Assembly (NCBI GenBank): GCA_029775855.1
Contig: JARVJZ010000003.1
Location: 1 to 64,000 of the forward strand
Source of the DNA: Nitrososphaeria archaeon
Lineage (GTDB): Archaea; Thermoproteota; Nitrososphaeria; Nitrososphaerales; JAAOZN01
Length of the DNA stretch: 64,000 bases
Direction of reading: 5' to 3'
Positions within the stretch are counted from its first letter, which is position 1; each line of letters opens with the position of its first letter. Of the stretch, positions 30,015-40,225 are shown one piece after another. The translations under genes were made by a program, and so were the position numbers. The notes under the pieces were generated by a model. That model searched no databases. It saw only the letters and a list, made by a program, of their open reading frames with translations, and had not been told where the DNA came from.

Positions 30015-31922
30015 ATGGCAGCGTTTCTATCTGAGGCTAAAATGGAAAGCGAAGTATATCACCAAACACTGAAAACCAAGATAGAGCCAAAATACTTAGA
30101 GCGGCTTATGAAGATAGATAACCCACTGCTGCACTCTTTTGTAGCCAAATATATCGACTTATGCCAACCTGATCAAGTTTATGTTTCAGCGGGGACAGAG
30201 GAAGATATAGAATATATAAGGCGGGCAGCCATAAGAGATGGTGAAGAAATCAAGCTCGCAACAGAAGGACACACTATCCACTTCGATAACTACTATGATC
30301 AAGCTAGAGATAGAGAACATACAATCATACTTGTAGAAAAAGGTCTGAACCTAGGTTTCGGCATCAGAACAGGCAACAGAGAAGAGCTGCTAAAGGAAGT
30401 ACACGAAATCTTAAAGGGTATAATGAGGGGACATACCCTATATGTATGCTTCTACAGCCTAGGTCCAGCCGACTCGCTCTTCTCTATACCAGCTGTACAG
30501 CTCACAGACTCGAGCTATGTAGCTCATAGTGAGAATATTCTCTACAGACAGGGTTATAACATGCTTGTGAAGCAAGGTAAGAGTGCACGCTTCCTTAAAT
30601 TTGTTCATTCTCAAGGTGAGTTGGATGAGAGGAAAACATCGAAGAATCTAGATAAACGAAGAGTCTACATAGATTTAGAAGGCGAGACGGTTTACAGCAC
30701 AAACACACAATACGGCGGCAACACAATAGGGTTGAAGAAGCTTGCTATGCGTTTAACGATAAACAGAGCGTCTAAAGAAGGGTGGCTTACAGAACACATG
30801 CTTCTCATGGGTATACACGGCCCAAACAACAGAGTAACATACTTCGCTGGAGCATACCCTTCTATGTGCGGCAAGACTTCAACAGCTATGATGGAGGGCG
30901 AAACCCTCGTGGGTGATGATATAGCGTATCTTAGAAAAGTTAACGGCGAGGTAAGGGCGGTCAATGTTGAAAAGGGCATCTTCGGCATAATCCAAGGCAT
31001 AAACTCTAAGGACGACACTATCCAATGGGAGGTTCTACATAGCCCAGTGGAGATAATCTTTTCGAACGTTCTAATGACAAAGGACGGTGATGTTTACTGG
31101 GATGGGCATGATGGGCCTATACCTGAAAGTGGAATAAACCATTCTGGCGAATGGTTCATTGGGAAGAAAGATAAGTCGGGTAAAGCCATTCCTTGTTCAC
31201 ATCCCAATGCCAGATTTACGGTCGAATTAAAACACTTCAGAAACCTTGACCCTAATTGGGACGACCCTCAAGGTATTCCTCTTAGAGCGATAGTTTATGG
31301 CGGCAGAGATTCCGACACTTCTGTACCGGTTGAGCAGAGCTTTGATTGGGTACACGGTATAATCACTAAGGGCGCTGCGCTTGAGTCTGAAACCACGGCT
31401 GCTGTGTTAGGTAAGGAGGGGGTTAGGGAATTTAACCCAATGTCAAATCTGGACTTCCTTTCTATACCTATATCCAGATATGTTGAGGATAACTTGAGGT
31501 TTGGAGAAGGATTGAGTAATCCGCCTCTGATCTTCGGTGTGAACTATTTTATAAGGGACAGCGGAGGTGAATACCTTACTGATAAGAAGGATAAGAGGGT
31601 TTGGTTTAAGTGGATGGAGTTAAGAGTTAATAAAGATGTTGACGCAATAAAGACACCTACTGGCATGATACCTATATATGAAGACTTGAAGCCTCTGTTC
31701 AAGGAAGTTCTTAACAAAGATTACCCAATTGAGCTATATGAGAAACAGTTCATGATAAGAGTTAGGGAGAATCTAGCTAAGATAGATAGAATAACCAAGA
31801 TATACCGCACCATAGAAGGCACACCACCCATACTCTTCAAGGTCTTCGAGGAGCAGAAGAAGAGGCTACTTGATGCGCAAGCCAGACTCGGCGACTACAT
31901 CTCACCACTTAAGATAGTGTAA
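30015..31922 (+). CDS. pckG: GTP-dependent phosphoenolpyruvate carboxykinase
   Basis: YGGNTIGLKK, WLTEHM, AYPSMCGKTS, VGDDIA, HPNARF, YGGRD. Confidence 0.95.
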   Translation: MAAFLSEAKMESEVYHQTLKTKIEPKYLERLMKIDNPLLHSFVAKYIDLCQPDQVYVSAGTEEDIEYIRRAAIRDGEEIKLATEGHTIHFDNYYDQARDREHTIILVEKGLNLGFGIRTGNREELLKEVHEILKGIMRGHTLYVCFYSLGPADSLFSIPAVQLTDSSYVAHSENILYRQGYNMLVKQGKSARFLKFVHSQGELDERKTSKNLDKRRVYIDLEGETVYSTNTQYGGNTIGLKKLAMRLTINRASKEGWLTEHMLLMGIHGPNNRVTYFAGAYPSMCGKTSTAMMEGETLVGDDIAYLRKVNGEVRAVNVEKGIFGIIQGINSKDDTIQWEVLHSPVEIIFSNVLMTKDGDVYWDGHDGPIPESGINHSGEWFIGKKDKSGKAIPCSHPNARFTVELKHFRNLDPNWDDPQGIPLRAIVYGGRDSDTSVPVEQSFDWVHGIITKGAALESETTAAVLGKEGVREFNPMSNLDFLSIPISRYVEDNLRFGEGLSNPPLIFGVNYFIRDSGGEYLTDKKDKRVWFKWMELRVNKDVDAIKTPTGMIPIYEDLKPLFKEVLNKDYPIELYEKQFMIRVRENLAKIDRITKIYRTIEGTPPILFKVFEEQKKRLLDAQARLGDYISPLKIV

Positions 31923-32036
31923 CGCATACAAATCACCAAAATATATTTGATTCGAACAGCTTTCTCTACAAATATTTATAGCAGGAGCTTTTAGCCAATT
32001 AAACTTATATGCCAAAAGAGCTAACTATACCTTAGG

Positions 32037-33461
32037 TTGCCTGGAGCAGAATTAAAACCATCAAGAAGGCTCGGTGTGCTGATTATAGCATCCATCGCGG
32101 CTTTCATGGGAACCTTAGATGGGAGTATCGTGAACCTCGCTCTACCTAGCATCGCAAAAGCTCTAAACGCGGGTTTAGGTTATTTGATATTGGTGCCGAC
32201 GATCTACCTCATCGTCTTAGCTTCCCTTCAAACCACATTTGGTAGGTTAGCTGATGTTAAAGGAAGGGTAAGAGTATTCAACTTTGGGGTAGTGGTCTTC
32301 ACAGCAGCTTCTCTACTCGCTGGGCTTTCACAAGACATCTTGCAGCTGATCTTTTTCAGAGTAATTCAAGGCGCAGGCGCTGCCATAATGGCTGCTACTG
32401 CTACCGCGATAGTAGCTGAAGCATATCCTCCTTCTAAAAGGGGTGCAGCTATCGGTGTAAATACCATGGCGGTCTACATAGGGTTAACAGTAGGGCCTGT
32501 ATTAGGAGGCTTCTTGGTTCAAGTATTCGGCTGGAGATCCATCTTTCTAGTCAACTTGCCGATCGGAGGCTTAGTGCTTCTCTTATCTGTGTATTGGCTT
32601 CGAGGCATGGGAGAAAGCTCTGTAAATCGAAGCTTTGACCTAGGGGGTTCAGCTACATTAACACTATTCCTTACCTCGCTGCTCTTAGTTTTAAGCCAAG
32701 GAGACTTAGGTTTTAACACTGTGCAGACCGCAACACTTGCATCAGTTAGTTTAATATCTCTAGCAGCTTTCGTGCACATAGAAAGAAGGGTAAACGAGCC
32801 GCTGATGGATCTTCATTTATTCACATCTAACAGATTATTCAGCGCAGGCAACATCACCGCGCTATTGAACTATTCGACAACAGCTGGAACCGTGCTTCTC
32901 ATATCTATCCATCTTCAATCCATCTTAGGCTTCTCACCCTCAGAAGCTGGGCTCATAATACTAACTCAGCCGCTAGTAATGGTTATTGCCGCACCTATAG
33001 CTGGATGGCTCTCCGACCATATAGAAGCTAGGATATTAAGCTCAATAGGCATGTTAATCAGAACTTTAGGGCTTCTTATGTTAGCTTTCTATGATGCTGC
33101 TTTAAGCAGCAGCTTTATAGTGATTCCACTATTTATTTTAGGGTTAGGTAATGGGATGTTTTCATCGCCTAACACAAACTCCATACTCAGCTCCGTAAGT
33201 AGGGAGAGGTATGGGTTAGCATCTGGAACAATTGGCACAATGAGGACGATGGGTCAATCTATTGGGATAGCTCTTATGGGTTCTATCGTGTCGTATGCAA
33301 TGCCCTCTGGAACATTTATGCACCTCAGCTCAGATGCAAGTGGATTAACCACGCTCTTCGTTAACGGCGCCAAGACAGCTTTTTTGACTGCGTCAATTTT
33401 AAGTGGAATCGGCGTCTTTACATCCTTAATACGAGGAAAGGAAATCAAGCGTTCAAGTTAA
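32037..33461 (+). CDS. MFS transporter, DHA2/EmrB 14-TM family
   Basis: LDGSIVNLALP, GRLADVKGR, WRSIFLVNLPIG. Confidence 0.92.
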   Translation: MPGAELKPSRRLGVLIIASIAAFMGTLDGSIVNLALPSIAKALNAGLGYLILVPTIYLIVLASLQTTFGRLADVKGRVRVFNFGVVVFTAASLLAGLSQDILQLIFFRVIQGAGAAIMAATATAIVAEAYPPSKRGAAIGVNTMAVYIGLTVGPVLGGFLVQVFGWRSIFLVNLPIGGLVLLLSVYWLRGMGESSVNRSFDLGGSATLTLFLTSLLLVLSQGDLGFNTVQTATLASVSLISLAAFVHIERRVNEPLMDLHLFTSNRLFSAGNITALLNYSTTAGTVLLISIHLQSILGFSPSEAGLIILTQPLVMVIAAPIAGWLSDHIEARILSSIGMLIRTLGLLMLAFYDAALSSSFIVIPLFILGLGNGMFSSPNTNSILSSVSRERYGLASGTIGTMRTMGQSIGIALMGSIVSYAMPSGTFMHLSSDASGLTTLFVNGAKTAFLTASILSGIGVFTSLIRGKEIKRSS

Positions 33462-33697
33462 GAGACTCGAATAGAGCGTTTAAAGTAGCTGAGAGTTAAA
33501 GCATAGAGGATCAACACCCAAAGGATAGCCAGAAGCGCTGAGGCAGCCACTTTTATTATAGCTTCAGCCAGAGGGCTAGCTCCCACATCAGAAAGATTCA
33601 TCGGAGCAATGTATCCAAATATTATCACTGTGCCCGAAAGCACCAGCACCCAAGCTACCAACATTATAGTAATCAAAGGTAGAAGCCTACGCCACAT
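33458..33697 (-). CDS. Small two-TM membrane protein
   Basis: Two hydrophobic segments; co-oriented 4 nt after aglH. Confidence 0.6.
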   Translation of the reverse strand: MWRRLLPLITIMLVAWVLVLSGTVIIFGYIAPMNLSDVGASPLAEAIIKVAASALLAILWVLILYALTLSYFKRSIRVS

Positions 33698-33701
33698 AAA
33701 C

Positions 33702-34685
33702 CTACCACCACGTCAACAAGGCAGTTGCTACCGCTAAAATAGCCGCTACACCCGTTAGCGTTAATATTGCTCTTGTAACTTCAGTCTCATTTAACGGACC
33801 TTTGGCAAGTATTAGCCGAGTCAATGTAATAGGAGCATCTTTACTTTGTGAGGGAGCGAGTCTAAAGTCTGGGAGCACCTTAATAGGTCTCTCCTTCACT
33901 TCACGATGCTCTATAATCCTCCTAACGCTTGATAGGAAGAAGAAGGAGTTTAATATGGCTGGGAGAAGCGCTATTACACCAACAACTTCTGCGCGCCCAC
34001 ATATAGCTAAAGCGCCGTAGAGGGCTCCTAATGCAAGAGTGCCAGAGTCTCCAGGGAAGATCTTTGAGGGATTCCTATGATATAGGTAGAAGATGCTTGT
34101 CGATGCAATAAAGGGAAGCGCTGCTGTGAATATGATCCAATCTCCTCGTAAAGCGAAGGCTACCATTAGGGGTATAGTCGCTATAAGGGTAAAGCCGGAT
34201 ACGACTCCGTTGAAGACATCGATGGTGTTTATCGTGTTTGCTGTTACTGGAATAGCTATTAGGATCAGCAGCGGGTAGACTATAAAGAGCCTAACAGACT
34301 TTCCGTAAATTGGGAATAGGGGTTGAGGAACATAAGCGCCTAAGAGTATTATAGGTAATGCTGCAAGTATGAGGAGGATAGGTTTATAGTAGCCTTTTAG
34401 ATGCTTCACATCGTCTATAAAACCTATGATGCCAGCTAACAGTAGAGTGAATGATAACGCAAGCAACCTAATGTCTCGAGTAGCATAATAAAGTATGCCT
34501 TCACCAATCAGAATAGACACGATTAACGCAGGACCAGCAGGCCTTGGAATGAGTGGTCTATTAGGTTTATGCGCATCTTCCACCACCCAACCATTTCTCT
34601 TAAGAATGTTAATCAAGATCTTCATTAAAAGATATGTGAATAAACTGCTCACCACGATTACGATAAGTGCGAGCTCTATATACAA
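33702..34685 (-). CDS. aglH: Dolichyl-phosphate GlcNAc-1-P transferase (MraY/GPT family, AglH-like)
   Basis: EDAHKP, GFIDD, NTINTIDVFNG, PSKIFPGDSG. Confidence 0.85.
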   Translation of the reverse strand: MYIELALIVIVVSSLFTYLLMKILINILKRNGWVVEDAHKPNRPLIPRPAGPALIVSILIGEGILYYATRDIRLLALSFTLLLAGIIGFIDDVKHLKGYYKPILLILAALPIILLGAYVPQPLFPIYGKSVRLFIVYPLLILIAIPVTANTINTIDVFNGVVSGFTLIATIPLMVAFALRGDWIIFTAALPFIASTSIFYLYHRNPSKIFPGDSGTLALGALYGALAICGRAEVVGVIALLPAILNSFFFLSSVRRIIEHREVKERPIKVLPDFRLAPSQSKDAPITLTRLILAKGPLNETEVTRAILTLTGVAAILAVATALLTWW

Positions 34686-34778
34686 GCCAACACCGCCTTC
34701 GAAACCTTACTCTTAAGCATGTTAAAACTATTTTCAGCTAAAAGGTTACTTTTTATATATCGGGAAAGAGCATAGTGT

Positions 34779-35081
34779 TTGAGTGCCGATTTGAAGATAA
34801 TTGAACTTAAAGACGGTATGCGCAGAGTTGATGTCGAGGGGACAATTCTGGATAAAAGTGAACCTAGAACCGTTAATCTAAGAGCTGGTGGTCAAGCTAC
34901 AGTAGTTGAGTGCACACTTAAAGATGATTCAGGCTCTATAAAGCTTAGCCTATGGGATGACCTTATCGACAAGGTCAATGTAGGAGATACAGTAAAAGTT
35001 GAGAATGGATATGTTAACTCCTTCAGAGGGGAGCTAAGACTTAATGTAGGTAGATATGGTAGGCTGTTTGTAACAGGTTAA
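34779..35081 (+). CDS. ssb: Single OB-fold ssDNA-binding protein
   Basis: LKDDSGSIKLSLW, ENGYVNSFRGELRLNVGRYG. Confidence 0.88.
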   Translation: MSADLKIIELKDGMRRVDVEGTILDKSEPRTVNLRAGGQATVVECTLKDDSGSIKLSLWDDLIDKVNVGDTVKVENGYVNSFRGELRLNVGRYGRLFVTG

Positions 35082-35878
35082 ATTAAGAAGAGTCTAGTTA
35101 TGAGCATGTAGATGCTTATTCCTACTATGACTATGCTAAATACTCTGCGAAGCATTAAGCTACTCATCTTTTTAGCCAGCCTTGAACCTATTTGAGCACC
35201 AACTATTACACCTACTACTAGAGGTATAGCGTATTCAAACAGAATGTGCCCTAGAATTAGATGCATAGCCAACCCGGAGAGGGATGTGAAGATTATTGTG
35301 AATGTTGAAGTCGCCACGGCGTAATGAATCCCTACACCAAACACGATGTTGAAGATAGGCACAACAAATATGCCTCCTCCAACTCCAAACATCCCAGCCA
35401 TTACACCAGCGCCGAAGAGCGTTAACATGGAAGCAAAAACACTAATCTTCCTTGCGCTACCAGGTCTACTAGACTCAAAAGAAGACCTACCTCTATCTTT
35501 TGTAAACAGCATGCTGAGAGATATTAAAAAGAGCATAATGCTAAAGACCACAGCAAGCAGTTGGGAAGACATATACTTTGTTATATCCGCACCTAAAAGT
35601 GCTCCCGGCACAGTCGACGCTGATGTGAGTAAACCGAGCCAAAATATAATGCGTTTTTGCCTAATATACTCTATGGTTGCTGAAGTTGCCGTAGCGAAGA
35701 CCGCTACTAGGCTTGCTCCAACTGCGATATGTGTCGGCAGACCCAAGCCTAAAACTAGAGTTGGTACTATAAGAATGCCTCCACCCAAGCCTAGCATAGA
35801 GCTGAATGTTCCTATTAGGACACCTATAGGCACTAACGCTAAGAAAGAGAGAAAGGAGAGATCGACCACGTTAATCAC
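35078..35878 (-). CDS. TauE/SafE (TSUP) family permease
   Basis: Duplicated GLGGG/GVGGG motifs; 8 TMs. Confidence 0.88.
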   Translation of the reverse strand: MINVVDLSFLSFLALVPIGVLIGTFSSMLGLGGGILIVPTLVLGLGLPTHIAVGASLVAVFATATSATIEYIRQKRIIFWLGLLTSASTVPGALLGADITKYMSSQLLAVVFSIMLFLISLSMLFTKDRGRSSFESSRPGSARKISVFASMLTLFGAGVMAGMFGVGGGIFVVPIFNIVFGVGIHYAVATSTFTIIFTSLSGLAMHLILGHILFEYAIPLVVGVIVGAQIGSRLAKKMSSLMLRRVFSIVIVGISIYMLITRLFLI

Positions 35879-35980
35879 ATCACACCGTTGTTTATGTATG
35901 ATATGAATATTATGCTAACACTAATTTTTAGAAAGATTAAATGATAATGTTTATTGAGCCGTGTCTACGGTTAGGTTGCT

Positions 35981-37075
35981 ATGTCCCTAACCATCGTTGA
36001 TGTAATGGTTATTCTCATATCTCTAGCTGCAGCATTTCTGCTCGCCGTAGCCACACTTGTCTTCTTTAGAAGATACATCAGACGTTTTGCAGCTAGAACC
36101 AAAACCAGATTAGACGATGTTATCTTATCGGCGATAGAATGGCCTCTGATGCTTCTTATACTTGGTGTAGGCGTAGTCTTTTCTCTTAGATACCTAAACG
36201 AGAAGATCCCAAACATCCTACCAGACTGGGTGGTTTTGAGCTTGACGCCAATCACATACGCTATCATCACACTCATGATCACTTCTTTATTGGTTGCGGC
36301 AGTTAACCAGTTAAGTTCGACGCGCATAAAGAAACTCGTTGAAAGTGTTCCTGAGAAGGAGACCATGTTTAGGCTCCTTAACCGTCTGCTTGTGTCTCTC
36401 ATCTATATAGTAGGTGGGTTGGTGGCGCTATCCATCATATATCCTGGGGTGACTGGCGCGCTTTCAACGCTGCTGCTAGGCGCAGGTTTCCTAGGTATAG
36501 TGGTGGGTCTGGCGGCTCAGAGAGTTTTAGGAAACTTGCTTTCAGGCATAAACATCAACCTAGCGCATCCTATAAGAGTTGGAGATGCTGTGATGATAAA
36601 AGGTGAATACGGCTTCGTAACCGACATAACGCTTCGCCATACCGTTATCAGAACGTGGGATAATAGACGACTCATAATTCCAAACTCGGTTCTTGATGAT
36701 GAAGTTATAATCAACTATACGCTGGAGGATCCTAAGAAGCTCTTCGGAATAGTGCTCTATGTGCCCTATGATACAAACATAGAAAGGGTGGCTCAAATAA
36801 TGATTGAAGAAGCAAAGAAGCATCCAGATGTGCTGCCAGACCTTGCACCGATATTTCAAATATTGAACTTTGAGAAGGAATCTATTCAACTAAGATTACT
36901 CTTTATGGCAAAAGATCAAGGAACCGCATTTAACACTGCGGTCGAGCTTAGGAGGAGCATAAAGAAGAGGTTCGATGAAGAAGGGATAAAGATGAGCTGC
37001 GTAACTAACTACATAATTCCTAGCCGAATAGCTATGAAGATGCCCTCTGAAGGTGTGCAAACACTTAATATGTAG
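35981..37075 (+). CDS. mscS: Small-conductance mechanosensitive channel
   Basis: GLAAQRVLGNLLSG, PIRVGD, IIPNS. Confidence 0.9.
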   Translation: MSLTIVDVMVILISLAAAFLLAVATLVFFRRYIRRFAARTKTRLDDVILSAIEWPLMLLILGVGVVFSLRYLNEKIPNILPDWVVLSLTPITYAIITLMITSLLVAAVNQLSSTRIKKLVESVPEKETMFRLLNRLLVSLIYIVGGLVALSIIYPGVTGALSTLLLGAGFLGIVVGLAAQRVLGNLLSGININLAHPIRVGDAVMIKGEYGFVTDITLRHTVIRTWDNRRLIIPNSVLDDEVIINYTLEDPKKLFGIVLYVPYDTNIERVAQIMIEEAKKHPDVLPDLAPIFQILNFEKESIQLRLLFMAKDQGTAFNTAVELRRSIKKRFDEEGIKMSCVTNYIIPSRIAMKMPSEGVQTLNM

Positions 37076-37094
37076 CATAGAGTTGAAGTGAAAT

Positions 37095-38327
37095 ATGGTG
37101 CACATAGGGCTTAGATGCACAAAATGCAAAGCAACTTATCCTAAAGGTACGCTCTACCTATGCCCAAAATGTCAAGGCATACTTGATGTTGAATACAATT
37201 ATGATAAGATTGTTCTAAGCCGCAAAGCACTTGAACAGAGTTTAGACAGAACGGTATGGCGATATCGAGACCTACTCCCTTGCTCAAAAGAAGCAAAAGA
37301 AGTCAGCTTAGGAGAAGGGGGCACACCACTGCACAAAGCAAGTAGATTAACAGCCATTCTAGGCACGAATGTGATGCTGAAGGATGAGAGCAGAAACCCC
37401 ACCGGCTCGTTTAAAGATAGGGCTATCAGTGTAGCGGTTTCTTGGGCTATTGAGCAAGGTGCAAAGCGTCTCGTCTCTGCATCCTCTGGAAACGCAGCAG
37501 CATCTGTAGCTGCTTATTCGGCTAAGGCTGGGCTTGACTGCTACTTGCTCTTTGACTCTAAGTCTCCTCCTACAAAGCATCTCCAACCTACTGTTTATGG
37601 TGCTAAAGGTTTATCTGTGAAAAATCTGTTTACCGGCACCCCTCAAGATTTGAGTGAACTACTCTATACATTATCCAACCGCCTTGACGCATACAATATC
37701 TTCTGCTGGGCGCTCATAAACCCCTATACACTTGAAGGCAACAAAACCATAGCCTACGAGATATGTGAGGCGTTAAACTGGAGTGCCCCGGATGCGGTAG
37801 TAGTCCCAGTAGGTGGAGGAGATAACTTGGTAGCAGAGTGGAAGGGGTTCAAAGAAATGTTGGGAATGGGGTTGATAGATAAGCTGCCTAAGATGGTAGG
37901 TGTGCAGTCAACTAAAGCAGACCCTCTTGTAAAAGCGTGGAAGAGTGGCAGCGAGACAGTAGCCCCCATAGAGACACCTTCAAGCATAGCTTCAGGCATA
38001 AATGTGCCCTACACAGGAGACCACACACTTAAGGCGATAAGAGAATCTAAAGGGGCTGCTGTCGCTGTAGATGATGAAGAGATCCTTTTAGCGGAGAAAG
38101 AAATAGCCAGCTTAGAAGGGGTTTGGGTTGAACCTTCTTCAGCCTCAGCTGTAGCAGCTGTGCCTAAACTTGTGGAATCAGGCATAGTGTCAAAAGATGA
38201 TGTGGTCGTATGTGTGCTTACCGGAAGCGGGTTAAAGGATACGGACGCTGCACGGAAGTTTACACCTACTGTCCAGAAGGTTAACAGAGATTTAGAGGAG
38301 ATAATGCGTGCTTTTAAACGCATGTAA
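37095..38327 (+). CDS. thrC: Threonine synthase (fold-type II PLP enzyme)
   Basis: N-terminal Zn ribbon, NPTGSFKDR, ASSGN, PVGGG, LTGSGLK. Confidence 0.85.
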   Translation: MVHIGLRCTKCKATYPKGTLYLCPKCQGILDVEYNYDKIVLSRKALEQSLDRTVWRYRDLLPCSKEAKEVSLGEGGTPLHKASRLTAILGTNVMLKDESRNPTGSFKDRAISVAVSWAIEQGAKRLVSASSGNAAASVAAYSAKAGLDCYLLFDSKSPPTKHLQPTVYGAKGLSVKNLFTGTPQDLSELLYTLSNRLDAYNIFCWALINPYTLEGNKTIAYEICEALNWSAPDAVVVPVGGGDNLVAEWKGFKEMLGMGLIDKLPKMVGVQSTKADPLVKAWKSGSETVAPIETPSSIASGINVPYTGDHTLKAIRESKGAAVAVDDEEILLAEKEIASLEGVWVEPSSASAVAAVPKLVESGIVSKDDVVVCVLTGSGLKDTDAARKFTPTVQKVNRDLEEIMRAFKRM

Positions 38328-38370
38328 ACCTGAAAGTAAGATTTTATTTCTAGAAGCGCGTCATAATTAA

Positions 38371-39783
38371 TTGGATGATTTGAACGAAGATTACAGAGTA
38401 GAAAGTGATACTTTAGGGGAAGTAAGGGTGCCCGCTACAGCTTACTACGGCGCCCAAACACAGCGAGCATTAGAAAACTTCCAGATATCTAACCTGAAGT
38501 TTCCAAGTATTTTCATAAGAGCACTAGCTTTGATAAAGCTAGCAGCAGCCAAAACGAACATAACACTAGGACTATTGGATAAGCAGATAGGTGAGGCAAT
38601 AATCAAAGCTTGTGAAGAGCTCCTAAATGGTAAATTCGATGACCAATTTCCATTAGATGTCTTTCAAACAGGCTCGGGCACGTCAACTAACATGAATGTG
38701 AATGAAGTCTTAGCAAACAGAGCCAGCGAGATCCTAGGTGGCAGCAGAGGTGATAAGAAGCTTGTCCACCCAAACGACCACGTGAACATGTGCCAATCAA
38801 CAAACGATGTCTTCCCAACCGCTATTAACATAGCTTCACTAGAAACGCTAAAGAAAGACTTGCTCCCTTCTATGCGCCTATTAAGGGATGCATTCAAGAG
38901 GAAGGTGGAGGAATTTAAAGACGTTATAAAATCTGCTAGAACACATCTCCAAGATGCAGTGCCTATAACGTTGGGACAAGAGTTCAGTGGTTATGAGAGT
39001 ATGGTTGAGCATGCTATAAGAAGAGTAGAGTCAACACAGGATTCATTATGTGAAATCCCTCTTGGAGGCACAGCGGTTGGCACAGGATTAAATGCGCACC
39101 CCTCTTACGCCGCTCTGACTATAGCAGAGCTTAATAGGTTGACTGGACTTGCTTTGAGGAAAGCGGAAAACACATTTGAAGCGATGCAAAGTAGGGACGC
39201 AAATGTAGAGTTAAGCAGCGCCTTAAAAGAATATGCGGTATCCCTCATGAAGATAGCAAACGACCTACGCCTACTATACTCAGGACCAAGAACAGGCTTG
39301 GGTGAAATAATTCTACCTGCTATTCAACCAGGTTCAAGCATAATGCCGGGGAAAGTAAATCCGGTTGTGCCTGAGATGGTTAATATGGTTGCTGCTAAAG
39401 TTATAGGAAATGATGTCACGATAACTGTAGCGGGGCAAGCTGGTAACCTTGATTTGAACACTATGATGCCTATTATAGCCTACACACTACTTGAATCGAT
39501 AAGCATTCTGGCTTCAGCGAGCAGAACCCTAGCGAGATGTGTAGATGGAATCGTGGCGGATAGATTGAGATGCCTAAAATATGCAGAATCTTCCGTCGCT
39601 CTAATAACGGTCTTAGCACCTAAAATAGGTTACGAAGAAGCGGCTAAAATTGCAAGAAAGGCTCTAGAAGGGGGTAAGAGCATCAGAGATCTTGTTGTGG
39701 AAGAAGGCTTGCTGACAAAAGAAGAAGCGAATAGCGTGCTTAACCTAAAGAAACTTACAGAAGGCGGTATAATTCATGCTTAA
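38371..39783 (+). CDS. fumC: Class II fumarate hydratase (fumarase/aspartase family)
   Basis: YYGAQTQR, QTGSGTSTNMN, GSSIMPGKVNP. Confidence 0.88.
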   Translation: MDDLNEDYRVESDTLGEVRVPATAYYGAQTQRALENFQISNLKFPSIFIRALALIKLAAAKTNITLGLLDKQIGEAIIKACEELLNGKFDDQFPLDVFQTGSGTSTNMNVNEVLANRASEILGGSRGDKKLVHPNDHVNMCQSTNDVFPTAINIASLETLKKDLLPSMRLLRDAFKRKVEEFKDVIKSARTHLQDAVPITLGQEFSGYESMVEHAIRRVESTQDSLCEIPLGGTAVGTGLNAHPSYAALTIAELNRLTGLALRKAENTFEAMQSRDANVELSSALKEYAVSLMKIANDLRLLYSGPRTGLGEIILPAIQPGSSIMPGKVNPVVPEMVNMVAAKVIGNDVTITVAGQAGNLDLNTMMPIIAYTLLESISILASASRTLARCVDGIVADRLRCLKYAESSVALITVLAPKIGYEEAAKIARKALEGGKSIRDLVVEEGLLTKEEANSVLNLKKLTEGGIIHA

Positions 39784-39830
39784 ACAAAAAAGGGATGGGC
39801 TCCATCTTTTTGCTAGGAGCCCTTAAGAGT

Positions 39831-40172
<342 letters not shown>

Positions 40173-40225
40173 TTACCATAATATATTTAAATTGAACTAT
40201 TTGAGTTGCTCTGTAGAGTTTATGT